Below, one piece after another: positions 1 to 9,018 of a DNA stretch of 43,232 nt; the first letter of the stretch is position 1, and every line of letters starts with the position of its first letter. The notes under the pieces are model-generated. The model ran no database searches. It was given only the letters and a program-made list of their open reading frames with translations, and was not told the origin of the DNA. The translations under genes were made by a program, and so were the position numbers. Where the stretch lies: NCBI GenBank assembly GCA_016840855.1, contig JAEORO010000143.1:1-43232 (forward strand), read 5' to 3'. The stretch comes from Candidatus Thorarchaeota archaeon. GTDB taxonomy: Archaea > Asgardarchaeota > Thorarchaeia > Thorarchaeales > Thorarchaeaceae.

Positions 1-375
1 CTCTTCTGACATCTCTTGTACATGGACATAGAGTTCTTGTCTAATATCATAGATTGCTCTCTGACCCATGAGAGCCATGAGATAGCCACTTCCATAGTTT
101 GTGAACCATGCCATAATCTGAAGAGAAATGTACAGGAGTGCAGTAAAGATAATTGATTCAATAATCCTGTTAGCGAAATCAACATCGATAGCTTGTCGTA
201 GAACAAACGGTGTCCATACTCCAAGCACTATACCAATTGCAGTAAGGACAACAACAGCAGCAAACAGATTTCTGTAAGCAATGAGATACTTGATCATCCG
301 GATGAGCAGCTCTGAATCAGTATATTCATACGTTCTTGCATCTGGATCGTCAGCATCATCAAGAGACCTACTCAC
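1..375 (-). CDS. ABC transporter half-molecule (TMD+NBD exporter), N-terminal part; runs off window start
   Basis: Not in ORF track. Read manually from GTG at 375, 8 nt after GGAGG and overlapping the upstream stop: MSRSLDDADDPDARTYEYTDSELLIRMIKYLIAYRNLFAAVVVLTAIGIVLGVWTPFVLRQAID...GQRAIYDIRQELYVHVQEMS. This is typical of the second subunit of a heterodimeric ABC exporter. Confidence 0.85.
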   Translation of the reverse strand, partial: MSRSLDDADDPDARTYEYTDSELLIRMIKYLIAYRNLFAAVVVLTAIGIVLGVWTPFVLRQAIDVDFANRIIESIIFTALLYISLQIMAWFTNYGSGYLMALMGQRAIYDIRQELYVHVQEMSEE

Positions 376-2290
376 TGCCACTGCCTCCTTGGATACTTGC
401 TGAAATGCTGTCGGATGTTATGCGTGCAGTTGACTCTATTTCCGTTAATGTTTGATGAATGCTATAGTAGAGCCCTTCTCTAGCTAATAACTCCTCATGA
501 GTCCCCATCTCTACTATTTCCCCACGTTCCATCATAACTATCAAGTCTGCGTTTCTCACAGTGCTCAGACGATGAGTGATAATAAACGTGGTACGTTCTT
601 CCATTAAATTCTCAAGTGCTTGTTGAATCAACATCTCAGTCCTTGCATCAACTGAGCTAGTTGAATCATCAAGTATCAGAATCCGTGGGTCTGCAAGCAA
701 TGCTCTAGCTATTGCTATCCTCTGTTTCTGTCCTCCGCTTAGAGTGACTCCTCGTTCTCCTACTTCAGTGTCGTATCCTGCTTCAAGAGTCATTACGAAA
801 TCATGAATCATTGCTGCTTTAGCAGCCTCCATGACTTCCTCAATAGATGCATTTGGACGGCTAAATGCAATGTTTTCTTTTAGAGATGCAGAGAAAAGAA
901 ATGGGTCTTGGTGAACGATACCAATTCGTTTTCGCAGGTCGTCTAGTGCATAGAGTCGAATATCAACCCCATCAATACAGATGGTGCCTGGGGCTTGAAT
1001 CTTTATTATCTCTCCATCAATCTCAATATGGTCTTCAATTACATTATGCTTCGAACCATCAATAGATAAAGAATCCTTCTCATCCAGGCGATAGGTTTTG
1101 CCGTTATATGTGACTGTGTAATCATCATCGACATCATAGAATCTTGGGATTAGATTAACTAGACTAGTCTTACCGGACCCTGTGCCTCCTAGGAGTGCTA
1201 CTACTTGCCCAGGTTTTACATGGAGTGAAATATTCCTCAGGATGTGCTTTTGGCCTCTATAGCTGAAGTATACATTATCAAAGTCTACTCCTCCCTTAAA
1301 ATTAGATGCATCTATAGGACTCTCTGGGTCCATCACCTCTTCAACAGAATCAAGTATGTAGAAGGTTCGGTCTCCTGCCGCTGCTGCACGTTGATACATT
1401 CCCACACCCCAACTGAGGAACCTTGCTGGGAGCATGAGCATTCCGACTAATGTTACAAATCCCACAAACTCACCAAGAGTCAGAGCGTTATCCAGTATTG
1501 ACACTCCACCAATGTATATCAATCCTCCAATTGCTAAGCCAAATATTGCCGGGAGCATCGGTTGGAAGAACGACTGAAGTCTACTAGCTTCGACTCGCAG
1601 GTCCTGAAAACCCCGGTTTTCCTTTTCTACTCTTTTTGCCTCTCTTTCCTCTGAAGCAAACGCCCTCACAACTTTATGTCCCACTACATTTTCTGCAAGT
1701 ACTGAGCTGAGAACTCCATATTGTTCTCGTGCAGCACGAAATACAGGTCTCACTTTTTTGGCAAAAGAGTAGATGAAAATAACAATGATCGGGAATAGTA
1801 GGAACATATAATATGTAAGATCAGGACTGACGTCCCACATTACAAGGTAGGTACCGATTAATTGTATAGTGCCAATGAATAAGACACGATAACCCCAAAA
1901 CAGGAATTCTTTCATTGTACTGACATCAGTTGTTACTCGTGCCAGAAGCTGGCCTGTTTCGTTCTCATCATAAAATGCAAGATCTTTTCCCATGAGGCTT
2001 TCAAAGAGTTCTTCACGCAGCTCATAGATGACCCATTGCGATGAAATTGCAGCTCCGTATCGTCCAATCATATCAAAGATGGCATAGAGAATACCAAGAC
2101 CAATATAGAGAAGTGCGTAGGGGAGAAGCAATTCTAGCTGCTCCGCGAGAAGTACGCCATCAACAATCTCGACCATCACAAGTGGAGTAAGTAGATTGAA
2201 GAAAGTACCAATTGCGGCTGCTGACAGGAAACCAAAGAATAGACCCTTACGTCTTATTGAATAACCAATGAGTCTTCTGATATGACCCAT
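368..2290 (-). CDS. ABC exporter, fused permease/ATP-binding subunit (MdlA/MsbA-like)
   Basis: Hydrophobic TMD, Walker A GGTGSGKT, signature LSGGQKQR, Walker B ILILDD (degenerate, E to D, as in heterodimeric exporters), H-loop ITHR. Confidence 0.95.
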   Translation of the reverse strand: MGHIRRLIGYSIRRKGLFFGFLSAAAIGTFFNLLTPLVMVEIVDGVLLAEQLELLLPYALLYIGLGILYAIFDMIGRYGAAISSQWVIYELREELFESLMGKDLAFYDENETGQLLARVTTDVSTMKEFLFWGYRVLFIGTIQLIGTYLVMWDVSPDLTYYMFLLFPIIVIFIYSFAKKVRPVFRAAREQYGVLSSVLAENVVGHKVVRAFASEEREAKRVEKENRGFQDLRVEASRLQSFFQPMLPAIFGLAIGGLIYIGGVSILDNALTLGEFVGFVTLVGMLMLPARFLSWGVGMYQRAAAAGDRTFYILDSVEEVMDPESPIDASNFKGGVDFDNVYFSYRGQKHILRNISLHVKPGQVVALLGGTGSGKTSLVNLIPRFYDVDDDYTVTYNGKTYRLDEKDSLSIDGSKHNVIEDHIEIDGEIIKIQAPGTICIDGVDIRLYALDDLRKRIGIVHQDPFLFSASLKENIAFSRPNASIEEVMEAAKAAMIHDFVMTLEAGYDTEVGERGVTLSGGQKQRIAIARALLADPRILILDDSTSSVDARTEMLIQQALENLMEERTTFIITHRLSTVRNADLIVMMERGEIVEMGTHEELLAREGLYYSIHQTLTEIESTARITSDSISASIQGGSGSE

Positions 2291-2309
2291 TCATTCAGCT
2301 CCGTCTTGG

Positions 2310-3248
2310 TCAAAAATTAAGTAGATGATAAGAATTACGCAGAGGGTATTGGGTCTTTCTTCGCCATATGACAAGTACCAACAGAATTCCACTTGTTGTT
2401 CCAATGAGGAACACTATTCCTTCCAAGTGTTGGATTTGATTGAATAACCCATCAGATGTAGACGTATTTGCATCTGTTTTGGTGCTCGATGTGCTGAATT
2501 CTGCTTCAAACATTTTGTATTCCAAAAGGATTTCAGAGGTTTGCCAAGACCCTTCAGCATTAGCCAAAGCACCATTTTCTTTATGATATGTCCAATTTTG
2601 TTTGATGTATTTCAAGCCTGGAACTGGAGTAGTGGGCAATGGTATAGGCTCATTCATTTCAGAAGGAAATGGAACACAGAATACTATTGTACCAAAATAG
2701 ATGCTCCAATGTGTGCTGTTCTCTGATTGCCTGTATAACGTATACTCTGTACAGATTTGAGTCATCATTGACCAGTTACCAATAGGTAGTGCAATCCGTT
2801 GGTGTGTGGAGTTGACAAAGAGAGAGGGGGAGATATCTAGAGTGCTTAGGAATGGAATAAAGTCCGCCCCCTCTTGTGTTAGCATTGATCCCCAAGCTAT
2901 TGGCACATCAGAAAAAGCTGTGATGTTCAGAGGTATCTGAGGCAGAGCATCAGCCTTCAAAAAGATAAGGACATCTTCCATCACCAAAGACCCGTATGTT
3001 TGATTAGTTAGTATTTCGATTAGTCTAAACGAAAAAGACTGTCCTGAATCGATTCCCCACTCAAGCCCGTGGTCTGTCACTGCAGTAGCTAAGTCTATCG
3101 AAGCTAAGGAAGTCACAACAAGAACAAGAACTGCTAAGGTTCTCACATAACAGGCGCTCTGCTGGTTTTCAATCGTCATTTTGAGTGTATTTATTGTAAA
3201 ATAGTATAAGCATTTACTCTTCAGCATGGTAGTAATTTCAATAATCAA
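2310..3248 (-). CDS. Hypothetical secreted, membrane-anchored protein (true start probably later, near MTIENQQ)
   Basis: Signal-like hydrophobic stretch (LAVLVLVVTSLASIDLATA), several N-x-S/T sequons, Ser/Thr linker, C-terminal TM helix followed by WRRK. Confidence 0.7.
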   Translation of the reverse strand: MIIEITTMLKSKCLYYFTINTLKMTIENQQSACYVRTLAVLVLVVTSLASIDLATAVTDHGLEWGIDSGQSFSFRLIEILTNQTYGSLVMEDVLIFLKADALPQIPLNITAFSDVPIAWGSMLTQEGADFIPFLSTLDISPSLFVNSTHQRIALPIGNWSMMTQICTEYTLYRQSENSTHWSIYFGTIVFCVPFPSEMNEPIPLPTTPVPGLKYIKQNWTYHKENGALANAEGSWQTSEILLEYKMFEAEFSTSSTKTDANTSTSDGLFNQIQHLEGIVFLIGTTSGILLVLVIWRRKTQYPLRNSYHLLNF

Positions 3249-3459
3249 TTATCAGCTCAAATGTGGTTAGAATGCGCCAGGGATTAAGAAGCACTTTCAA
3301 ATTTCTTGTGAAGATAGGAAGACATTCCATCGCGATCGTAGAAGAATATCCTTTTAGCTTACAATTCAGAACTTTCAATCCATCCTCGTCCAGAGTTCCT
3401 TGAAGTATTGCTATGGTTTCGTCCGGGGTTATGTCTTCAAGATATATTGGCTTGCTCAT
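3238..3459 (-). CDS. Small hypothetical protein or gene fragment (MSKPIYLEDITPDETIAILQG...)
   Basis: ATG at 3459 inside the 93-aa track ORF, with globular-looking composition. A 7-bp hairpin (TGCAGCC-N5-GGCTGCA, 3460-3478) lies directly upstream. No family recognised. Confidence 0.35.
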   Translation of the reverse strand: MSKPIYLEDITPDETIAILQGTLDEDGLKVLNCKLKGYSSTIAMECLPIFTRNLKVLLNPWRILTTFELIIDY

Positions 3460-3678
3460 TGCAGCCTTGTTGGCTGCACAGCATTCTTGATGATAGAAGA
3501 GTGGATGATAGAAAAACAATAAGATGGAAAAAATCCTCTATCTATAGAATAATCATATTCGATAAACCTCAACAGACCCTAAAAGCATCCAAGCAATGAA
3601 TCTATGACTAGGTCATGAGTTGAGCATATCTCTTCTTATTTCTCAGATTCCGCATCCAAAATAAATCCGCCTTGTGGT

Positions 3679-4752
3679 TTGTGCTTCTTCTTTCGCAAGG
3701 AGATTTCATTGGAGGCGTTTTCGATAAAGAAAATGATACTCGGAAAAACGAGGTTAGAAGTATCAAGAGTTGGTTTTGGAGGCATTCCTATACAGCGTCC
3801 ATCAGAAAATGAAGCAATAAGAGTTGTACAGCGAGCAGTTCAGCTTGGTATTAATTTCTTTGATACATCTGTGGGCTATGGAACTAGCGAACCAAGAATA
3901 GGAAAAGCCTTGCAGGGTCAGAGAGAGGAAGTTGTACTAGCCACAAAAGGTGGATGGCGGGATGGAGAAATGGTACAGGGGTCGCTCAGGGTCAGTCTCG
4001 AGCAATTGAAGACAGATTATATCGACATCTGGCAATTTCATAATGTGAGTTCGTTAGACACCTACAGCAGTCTTTTCAGGACTGATGGCCCAATGGAGGC
4101 GGCAATTGAAGCTTTGTCAGAGGGAACCATTCTCCATTTAGGAATCAGTAGTCACTCTCTTGAAGTTGCTCGTGAAGCAGTGATTTCTGATCAATTTGAT
4201 ACGATTCAATTTCCGTTCAACCTTGTTTATAGAAATGCAGCTGAAGAGCTCATAGATCTAGCAAAGAAGCATGATGTTGGATTCATTGGTATGAAACCAT
4301 TTGCAGGAGGGATGATACCAAGGGCCAAGCTTGCTCTGAAATATGTACTTCAATTTGAAAATGTCTTACCAGATCCTGGATTCGAAACAATAGAACAAGT
4401 AGAAGAAATAGTTAGTATCATTGAGAGCCCATTAAACATAACAAGAAAAGAACATGCAGAAATGGAACTAATACGTACTGAATTGGGAACCAAGTTTTGC
4501 AGACAATGTGGATATTGCCAGCCTTGCCCTAACGGAGTCAGCATTTCACTTATAATGATTGCACCAGTTATGTGGAATCTCTGGCCTCTAGAGAGTCTTT
4601 CTTCTAATTGGTATAATGAGGCCATCGAGAGTGGGACTCGGTGTGTTCAGTGTGGAGAATGCGAAGCCAAGTGTCCGTATCAATTACCTATCCGTGAGAT
4701 GATAAAAGAGAATATGATTTTTCATTCAAAGCGCAAAGAAGCTGGGAATTGA
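3679..4752 (+). CDS. Aldo/keto reductase with C-terminal 4Fe-4S dicluster domain
   Basis: LGKTRLEVSRVGFGGIPI, FFDTSVGYG, LATK, DYIDIWQFH and MKPFAGG motifs; C-terminal CRQCGYCQPCP and CVQCGECEAKCP. True start is probably 10-18 codons downstream. Confidence 0.93.
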   Translation: MCFFFRKEISLEAFSIKKMILGKTRLEVSRVGFGGIPIQRPSENEAIRVVQRAVQLGINFFDTSVGYGTSEPRIGKALQGQREEVVLATKGGWRDGEMVQGSLRVSLEQLKTDYIDIWQFHNVSSLDTYSSLFRTDGPMEAAIEALSEGTILHLGISSHSLEVAREAVISDQFDTIQFPFNLVYRNAAEELIDLAKKHDVGFIGMKPFAGGMIPRAKLALKYVLQFENVLPDPGFETIEQVEEIVSIIESPLNITRKEHAEMELIRTELGTKFCRQCGYCQPCPNGVSISLIMIAPVMWNLWPLESLSSNWYNEAIESGTRCVQCGECEAKCPYQLPIREMIKENMIFHSKRKEAGN

Positions 4753-4760
4753 CTAGAATA

Positions 4761-4794
4761 GAGTGACTGCCCGACTACGAAATCAGGCAGACTC
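4761..4794 (-). terminator. Stem-loop immediately downstream of the etfA remnant, between convergent genes
   Basis: Minus strand CTGCCTGATT-TCGT-AGTCGGGCAG gives 10 bp including G-U pairs, with outer GAGT/ACTC. Confidence 0.55.
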
Positions 4795-4800
4795 GTAAGA

Positions 4801-4956
4801 TTATCTCTTGGCTTGAAGTTCCTTGACTGCCTCAATGACCTCAGGAAGTACTGTGAAGATGTCACCAACTATGCCAAAGTCTGCCACACTGAAGATTGAA
4901 GCATCAGGATCCTTGTTGATTGCCACTATTATGTCTGAGGACAACATGCCCGCAAG
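4801..4956 (-). pseudogene. etfA: Remnant 3' end of a second etfA allele (51 codons + stop)
   Basis: Translates [51 protein letters not shown], 45/51 aa identical to the C-terminus of etfA at 5538-5693. Similarity stops abruptly upstream of 4956. Confidence 0.92.
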
Positions 4957-4997
4957 GATTATTCCCCTCTAAACTTTCGGATTGTTTTCACACTCAG

Positions 4998-5318
4998 TTA
5001 CTTGAATCCTTGGTCGATCTTTAGCTCAATGATTTCAACACGTTCATCGAATCTAGAGAGAAGTCTTCTCTCTTTCTCTGGAAGAAAAGCTTGAGTATAG
5101 TCCTCTCCTGCAAACTGCTTGATTCCTTCGAGGGTTTTGAAGTACGCGATTGTAATGAATTCAACTTCATCATTCTTGTCGTTCCGGAATAATTGGAAAC
5201 GTTCATACCCCTCGATGTTTCTTTCCTCACTCTCCTTGAAGATCAAGTCCTTCAGAAATTTCTCATACATGTCTGCATTACTTCGAGTAGTCCATCCTCT
5301 CCAAAATCTACATAGCAT
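4998..5318 (-). CDS. Antibiotic biosynthesis monooxygenase (ABM)-family dimeric alpha/beta barrel protein
   Basis: RFWRGWT...ADxYE...EGY...VEFITIAYF..LEGIKQFAGEDY..AFLP....LL.RFDE pattern typical of this small family. Confidence 0.8.
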   Translation of the reverse strand: MLCRFWRGWTTRSNADMYEKFLKDLIFKESEERNIEGYERFQLFRNDKNDEVEFITIAYFKTLEGIKQFAGEDYTQAFLPEKERRLLSRFDERVEIIELKIDQGFK

Positions 5319-5514
5319 TTTTAGTTCACCTAGTCTAGTTCAATAAAAAGAACTGTCAAACTTATCGATAAGCACATCGGCGGCATATGTGGGTAGTACG
5401 CATGGAAATAGGGCGAATCTGGGGGAGCTATATCAGAATCGCTCTATGACGAATTCGGTTACACATTGGCCTATTATTCCATTAGGTGTAGTGCGAAGAA
5501 ATTAGGCATAAAAT

Positions 5515-5539
5515 GAAGAAGACAGAGGATTGATCCTCT
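5515..5539 (-). terminator. Hairpin plus pyrimidine-rich tail ending the hdr-etf operon
   Basis: AGAGGAT-CA-ATCCTCT inverted repeat (5524-5539) at the etfA stop, followed on the minus strand by GTCTTCTTCATTTT. Confidence 0.5.
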
Positions 5540-6737
5540 ATCTCTCCGACTGAATCTTTTTCACAGCCTCTATGACCTCAGGTAGTACAGTGAAGATATC
5601 ACCCACTATGCCAAAATCAGCCACGCTAAATATCGGTGCGTCAGGGTCCTTGTTGATTGCAACTATAATGTCAGAGGAACTCATTCCAGCCAAATGCTGA
5701 ATCTGTCCTGATATTCCAAGAGCAATATAGAGCTTTGGACAGACCGTTCTCCCTGACTGACCAACCTGTTGCGATGGTGGAAGCCATCCCAAGTCAACAA
5801 TTGGTCGTGAGCCACCGATAGCTGCATCAAGCAGTTCAGCGAGCTGTTTCGGAAGCTCAAGATTTGAGGGGTCTTTGATTCCACGACCACTGCATACAAT
5901 GACATCCGCTTCCTCGACGGATTTCATGCCCTCAACAGCCTCACTCACAGTTTCCAACACTCGGGTCCGTACTTGCACAGCGCTGATTGTCATTGGGACT
6001 CGCTCAATCTCGCCATTTCTGGATGTGTCGGGTTCCAAAGGTTTGAACACATTTGGTCGAACTGTGGCCATTTGGGGTCTGGTATATGGGGAGAGAATCT
6101 CCGCCATGATGTTTCCACCAAAGGCAGGTCTTGTTTGTACGAGCTGTCGTTCTTCATCGATATCGAGACCTGTACAATCTGCAGTAAGCCCAAGTGCCAT
6201 CCTAGCTGCGACACGAGGTGCTAAGTCTCGTCCATTACTGGTCGCACCAAACAGCACAATTCCAGGTTTTCTCGGTGCTATCAGTGTGTTCATAGCAATT
6301 GTATAGGCATCAGTAGTATAATGGTCGAAGATTTTCTCATCAACAACAATCACTTTGTCTGCACCCTGATGTACAAGCTTCTGAGCATGTGCCTCAATCT
6401 CATGACCAACTAGGACCGCTACTAATTTCTCTCCTAGTTTGTCAGCTAACTCACGGCCCTTTGCGATGAGTTCAAGACCAACATTACGAAGACGCCCATC
6501 ATTGGTTTCACAGAAGACCCAGACATTCTTGTATTGGGCAATAGCATCCTTGTCAATGGTTTTTCTCTCAATCTTGATTGCATCTACTGGACATACCTCT
6601 TCACATGACCCACAGAGAACACATTTATCAAAGTCAAACTTGACCTTGTCCCCATCTTTTTCAATTGCATCAAAGTTGCAGACTTTGGGGCAGAGCATAC
6701 ACCCATTGCATACATCTCTATCATAATGCAATGACAT
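5538..6737 (-). CDS. etfA: Electron transfer flavoprotein alpha subunit with N-terminal 2x[4Fe-4S] ferredoxin domain
   Basis: N-terminal CNGCMLCPKVC and CVLCGSCEEVCP; ETF-alpha motifs [44 protein letters not shown]. Start ATG 6737. Confidence 0.96.
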   Translation of the reverse strand: MSLHYDRDVCNGCMLCPKVCNFDAIEKDGDKVKFDFDKCVLCGSCEEVCPVDAIKIERKTIDKDAIAQYKNVWVFCETNDGRLRNVGLELIAKGRELADKLGEKLVAVLVGHEIEAHAQKLVHQGADKVIVVDEKIFDHYTTDAYTIAMNTLIAPRKPGIVLFGATSNGRDLAPRVAARMALGLTADCTGLDIDEERQLVQTRPAFGGNIMAEILSPYTRPQMATVRPNVFKPLEPDTSRNGEIERVPMTISAVQVRTRVLETVSEAVEGMKSVEEADVIVCSGRGIKDPSNLELPKQLAELLDAAIGGSRPIVDLGWLPPSQQVGQSGRTVCPKLYIALGISGQIQHLAGMSSSDIIVAINKDPDAPIFSVADFGIVGDIFTVLPEVIEAVKKIQSER

Positions 6738-6738
6738 C

Positions 6739-7548
6739 TTAGATCGCCCCCTTCTTTGCCAAGAACTCAACTAGCTCTTTCGCAGCTGCTTTTGGGTCTT
6801 CAGCCTCTATCTTGATGCCGCCCTTCTTCTTTTCAGGCGGAAAGACCTTTCTTACCTGAGTAGGCGATCCCTTGAGACCGAGTTTGTCAACATCATATCC
6901 AAGGTTCTCAGCATTTACTTCCTCAAAGGGCTTCTTTTTGGCTTGCATGATGCCCATGATATTGGGAAGTCGTGGCTCGTTCAGCCCTTTTGTGGCTGTG
7001 AGAAGCACTGGCAACTTTGCGCGTATTACGTCATACCCCTCATCTGTTTCTCTATGAGCGATGATAAATTTCCCATCCTCACTCAGTTCGAGATGACGGA
7101 CATAACAAATCTGAGGAACACCTAACAATTCAGCAATCTCAGGACCCACTTGAGCTGTGTCACCATCAATTGCTTGCTTGCCACAAATGACAATATCAAA
7201 CTCCATCTTTTTGATTTGTTCTGCAAGAGTTAAGGCAGTGACCCAAGTATCTGCACCAGCAAAGGCTCGATCTGTCATATGGATGGCTTTGTCACCACCC
7301 ATCGCAAGCGCTTTGAGTAGTGCCTCTTTTGCTTGAGGAGGACCCATCGTGATGATGGTAACCTCACCACCATGTTTCTCTCTTAGTTGAATTGCAGCCT
7401 CTACAGCGAACTCATCAAAAGGATTCAGTATGCTTGGTACACCATCTCGAATCAGCGTACCAGTTTCCTCATTCACCTTGACATCGGCGACTTCTGGCAC
7501 CTGTTTCACAGGAACTATAATCTTCAGTGTCAGATTCTTCACACCCAA
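6739..7548 (-). CDS. etfB: Electron transfer flavoprotein beta subunit
   Basis: KQVPE, LNPFDEFAVEAA, TMGPPQA, FAGADT, GKQAIDGDTAQVG, NEPRLP, GLKGSPTQV. Confidence 0.97.
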   Translation of the reverse strand: MGVKNLTLKIIVPVKQVPEVADVKVNEETGTLIRDGVPSILNPFDEFAVEAAIQLREKHGGEVTIITMGPPQAKEALLKALAMGGDKAIHMTDRAFAGADTWVTALTLAEQIKKMEFDIVICGKQAIDGDTAQVGPEIAELLGVPQICYVRHLELSEDGKFIIAHRETDEGYDVIRAKLPVLLTATKGLNEPRLPNIMGIMQAKKKPFEEVNAENLGYDVDKLGLKGSPTQVRKVFPPEKKKGGIKIEAEDPKAAAKELVEFLAKKGAI

Positions 7549-7601
7549 TTGTCTGTAATCTGGCGGTTTCGGAAGATTGTACTCGTTATAAGGAGTATGT
7601 C

Positions 7602-8474
7602 CTAAACATCACCTGAGATGTGTTGGAGGATAGGCATGGCTGAAATCCTGTTCATCTCAAGGCCCACCTCATTTTGTGTAAGTCCCATCGCAAGTCCAAG
7701 TATCTGCGGATAGAACAGAACTGGAAGGTCATACTGCTCACCATAGGATTCCTTTAGACCAATCTGTTGTAAATCAAGTTGGTTGCAGCATGCGGGACAG
7801 ACGACCGTAACAAATGATGCTCCAGCTTCTTTCATTGATTTGAGCTTGTCCCGAGCGAGCCTTATCGCCAGATTTTCATTCACAGGTAAGACTGTAGCAC
7901 CACAACACTGTTTCCACAATGGGTACTCGACGATATGCGCACCAGTGGCTCTCACAAGTTCATCTAGAATAACTGGAGTGATTTCAGTAACATCGGTAGG
8001 TCGAAGAACATGACATCCATAATGAATCGCTATGCCAACACCATCAAGGGGTTTTGTAATCTTCTTTTTTATAGAACCGACGCCAACGTCCGTATAGATG
8101 ACTTCGATGAAATGACGTGGCTTGCTTATGCCCTTAAACTCCAAACCGTCCTGTTTCAATTCGTGGTTGACCCTTTCTCTGGTTTTTGTATCATGTCTTA
8201 GGAAATGATATACATCCTTTAGACTACCAAAACAACCATTGCAAGGAGTGACGACATCGTGTCCAATTCCATCAGCGATTGCAAGTGTACGAGCATTCAC
8301 TATCAACCAACCTAAGTGGTCGATTGCCCTCAGATTTGGACTACCACAACATGCCACATCTTCCAAGTATTCTAGTTCAAGTCCTAATAGCTCTGCGACA
8401 CGGTTCATGGATGATTCATAGTTAGGATAGTTCGCAGGGACACTACAACCCATATAGAGACTATATTTAGGCAT
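7602..8474 (-). CDS. hdrB: Heterodisulfide reductase subunit B (copy 1)
   Basis: Two CCG domains: GC...CCG...CNGC and HYGCH..RP...CCG...CPAC. Start ATG 8474. Confidence 0.93.
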   Translation of the reverse strand: MPKYSLYMGCSVPANYPNYESSMNRVAELLGLELEYLEDVACCGSPNLRAIDHLGWLIVNARTLAIADGIGHDVVTPCNGCFGSLKDVYHFLRHDTKTRERVNHELKQDGLEFKGISKPRHFIEVIYTDVGVGSIKKKITKPLDGVGIAIHYGCHVLRPTDVTEITPVILDELVRATGAHIVEYPLWKQCCGATVLPVNENLAIRLARDKLKSMKEAGASFVTVVCPACCNQLDLQQIGLKESYGEQYDLPVLFYPQILGLAMGLTQNEVGLEMNRISAMPILQHISGDV

Positions 8475-8475
8475 G

Positions 8476-9018
8476 TTATTTCCCCTCCTTAACAAGTCGA
8501 CCAGTGCGTGTTCCGCTGAGAATTCTTTTCACAGACTCGGTAGAGAAACCGGGTACCTCAGGTTCAAGGTTCAAGTCTTCCCTTTCCCAATCAGCAGTCA
8601 CAGTATAGAGCTGACCCTTCTCGATGAGCTCTTTTCCAAGTGCAATAATACTGCTAGGGATATTATTCTCTTCAGCTGCTAGGTTTTTACAGTCAAAGAA
8701 AATATCTGTAACTCGAACTCCTTGGGGACATCGTTCTTGGCACTCAAAACATGTTAGACAGAGCCAGATTTCCTTTGACTGCAGCACCCGTTCACGCATT
8801 CCAAGGAGAATCATTCGAATCAGCTGATGAGGTTTGATGTCCCAAACATTTGCAATTGGACATGCAGCTGTACAAGTTGAGCAGGCGAAACATGCTGATA
8901 GATCTTCAGCGTTCGGCATGCTCTGAATCTCTTTTCTGAAACTAGGGTCAAGTTCAGACATATTAATTGGGTCAATAAGAACTTCTGGAGGTTCTTTCTG
9001 CCCGTGGGTTTCTGTCAT
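8476..9018 (-). CDS. hdrC: Heterodisulfide reductase subunit C (copy 1)
   Basis: CFACSTCTAACP and IWLCLTCFECQERCPQGV; adjacent to hdrB. Confidence 0.93.
   Translation of the reverse strand: MTETHGQKEPPEVLIDPINMSELDPSFRKEIQSMPNAEDLSACFACSTCTAACPIANVWDIKPHQLIRMILLGMRERVLQSKEIWLCLTCFECQERCPQGVRVTDIFFDCKNLAAEENNIPSSIIALGKELIEKGQLYTVTADWEREDLNLEPEVPGFSTESVKRILSGTRTGRLVKEGK

Noticed and set aside
990-1130. Mini-intein in the ABC ATPase
   Set aside because: Too short, and lacks the N-terminal Cys/Ser and C-terminal His-Asn.
4801-5693. Diversity-generating retroelement TR/VR pair
   Set aside because: Differences are at third codon positions in all base classes, not adenine-specific, and no reverse transcriptase is present.
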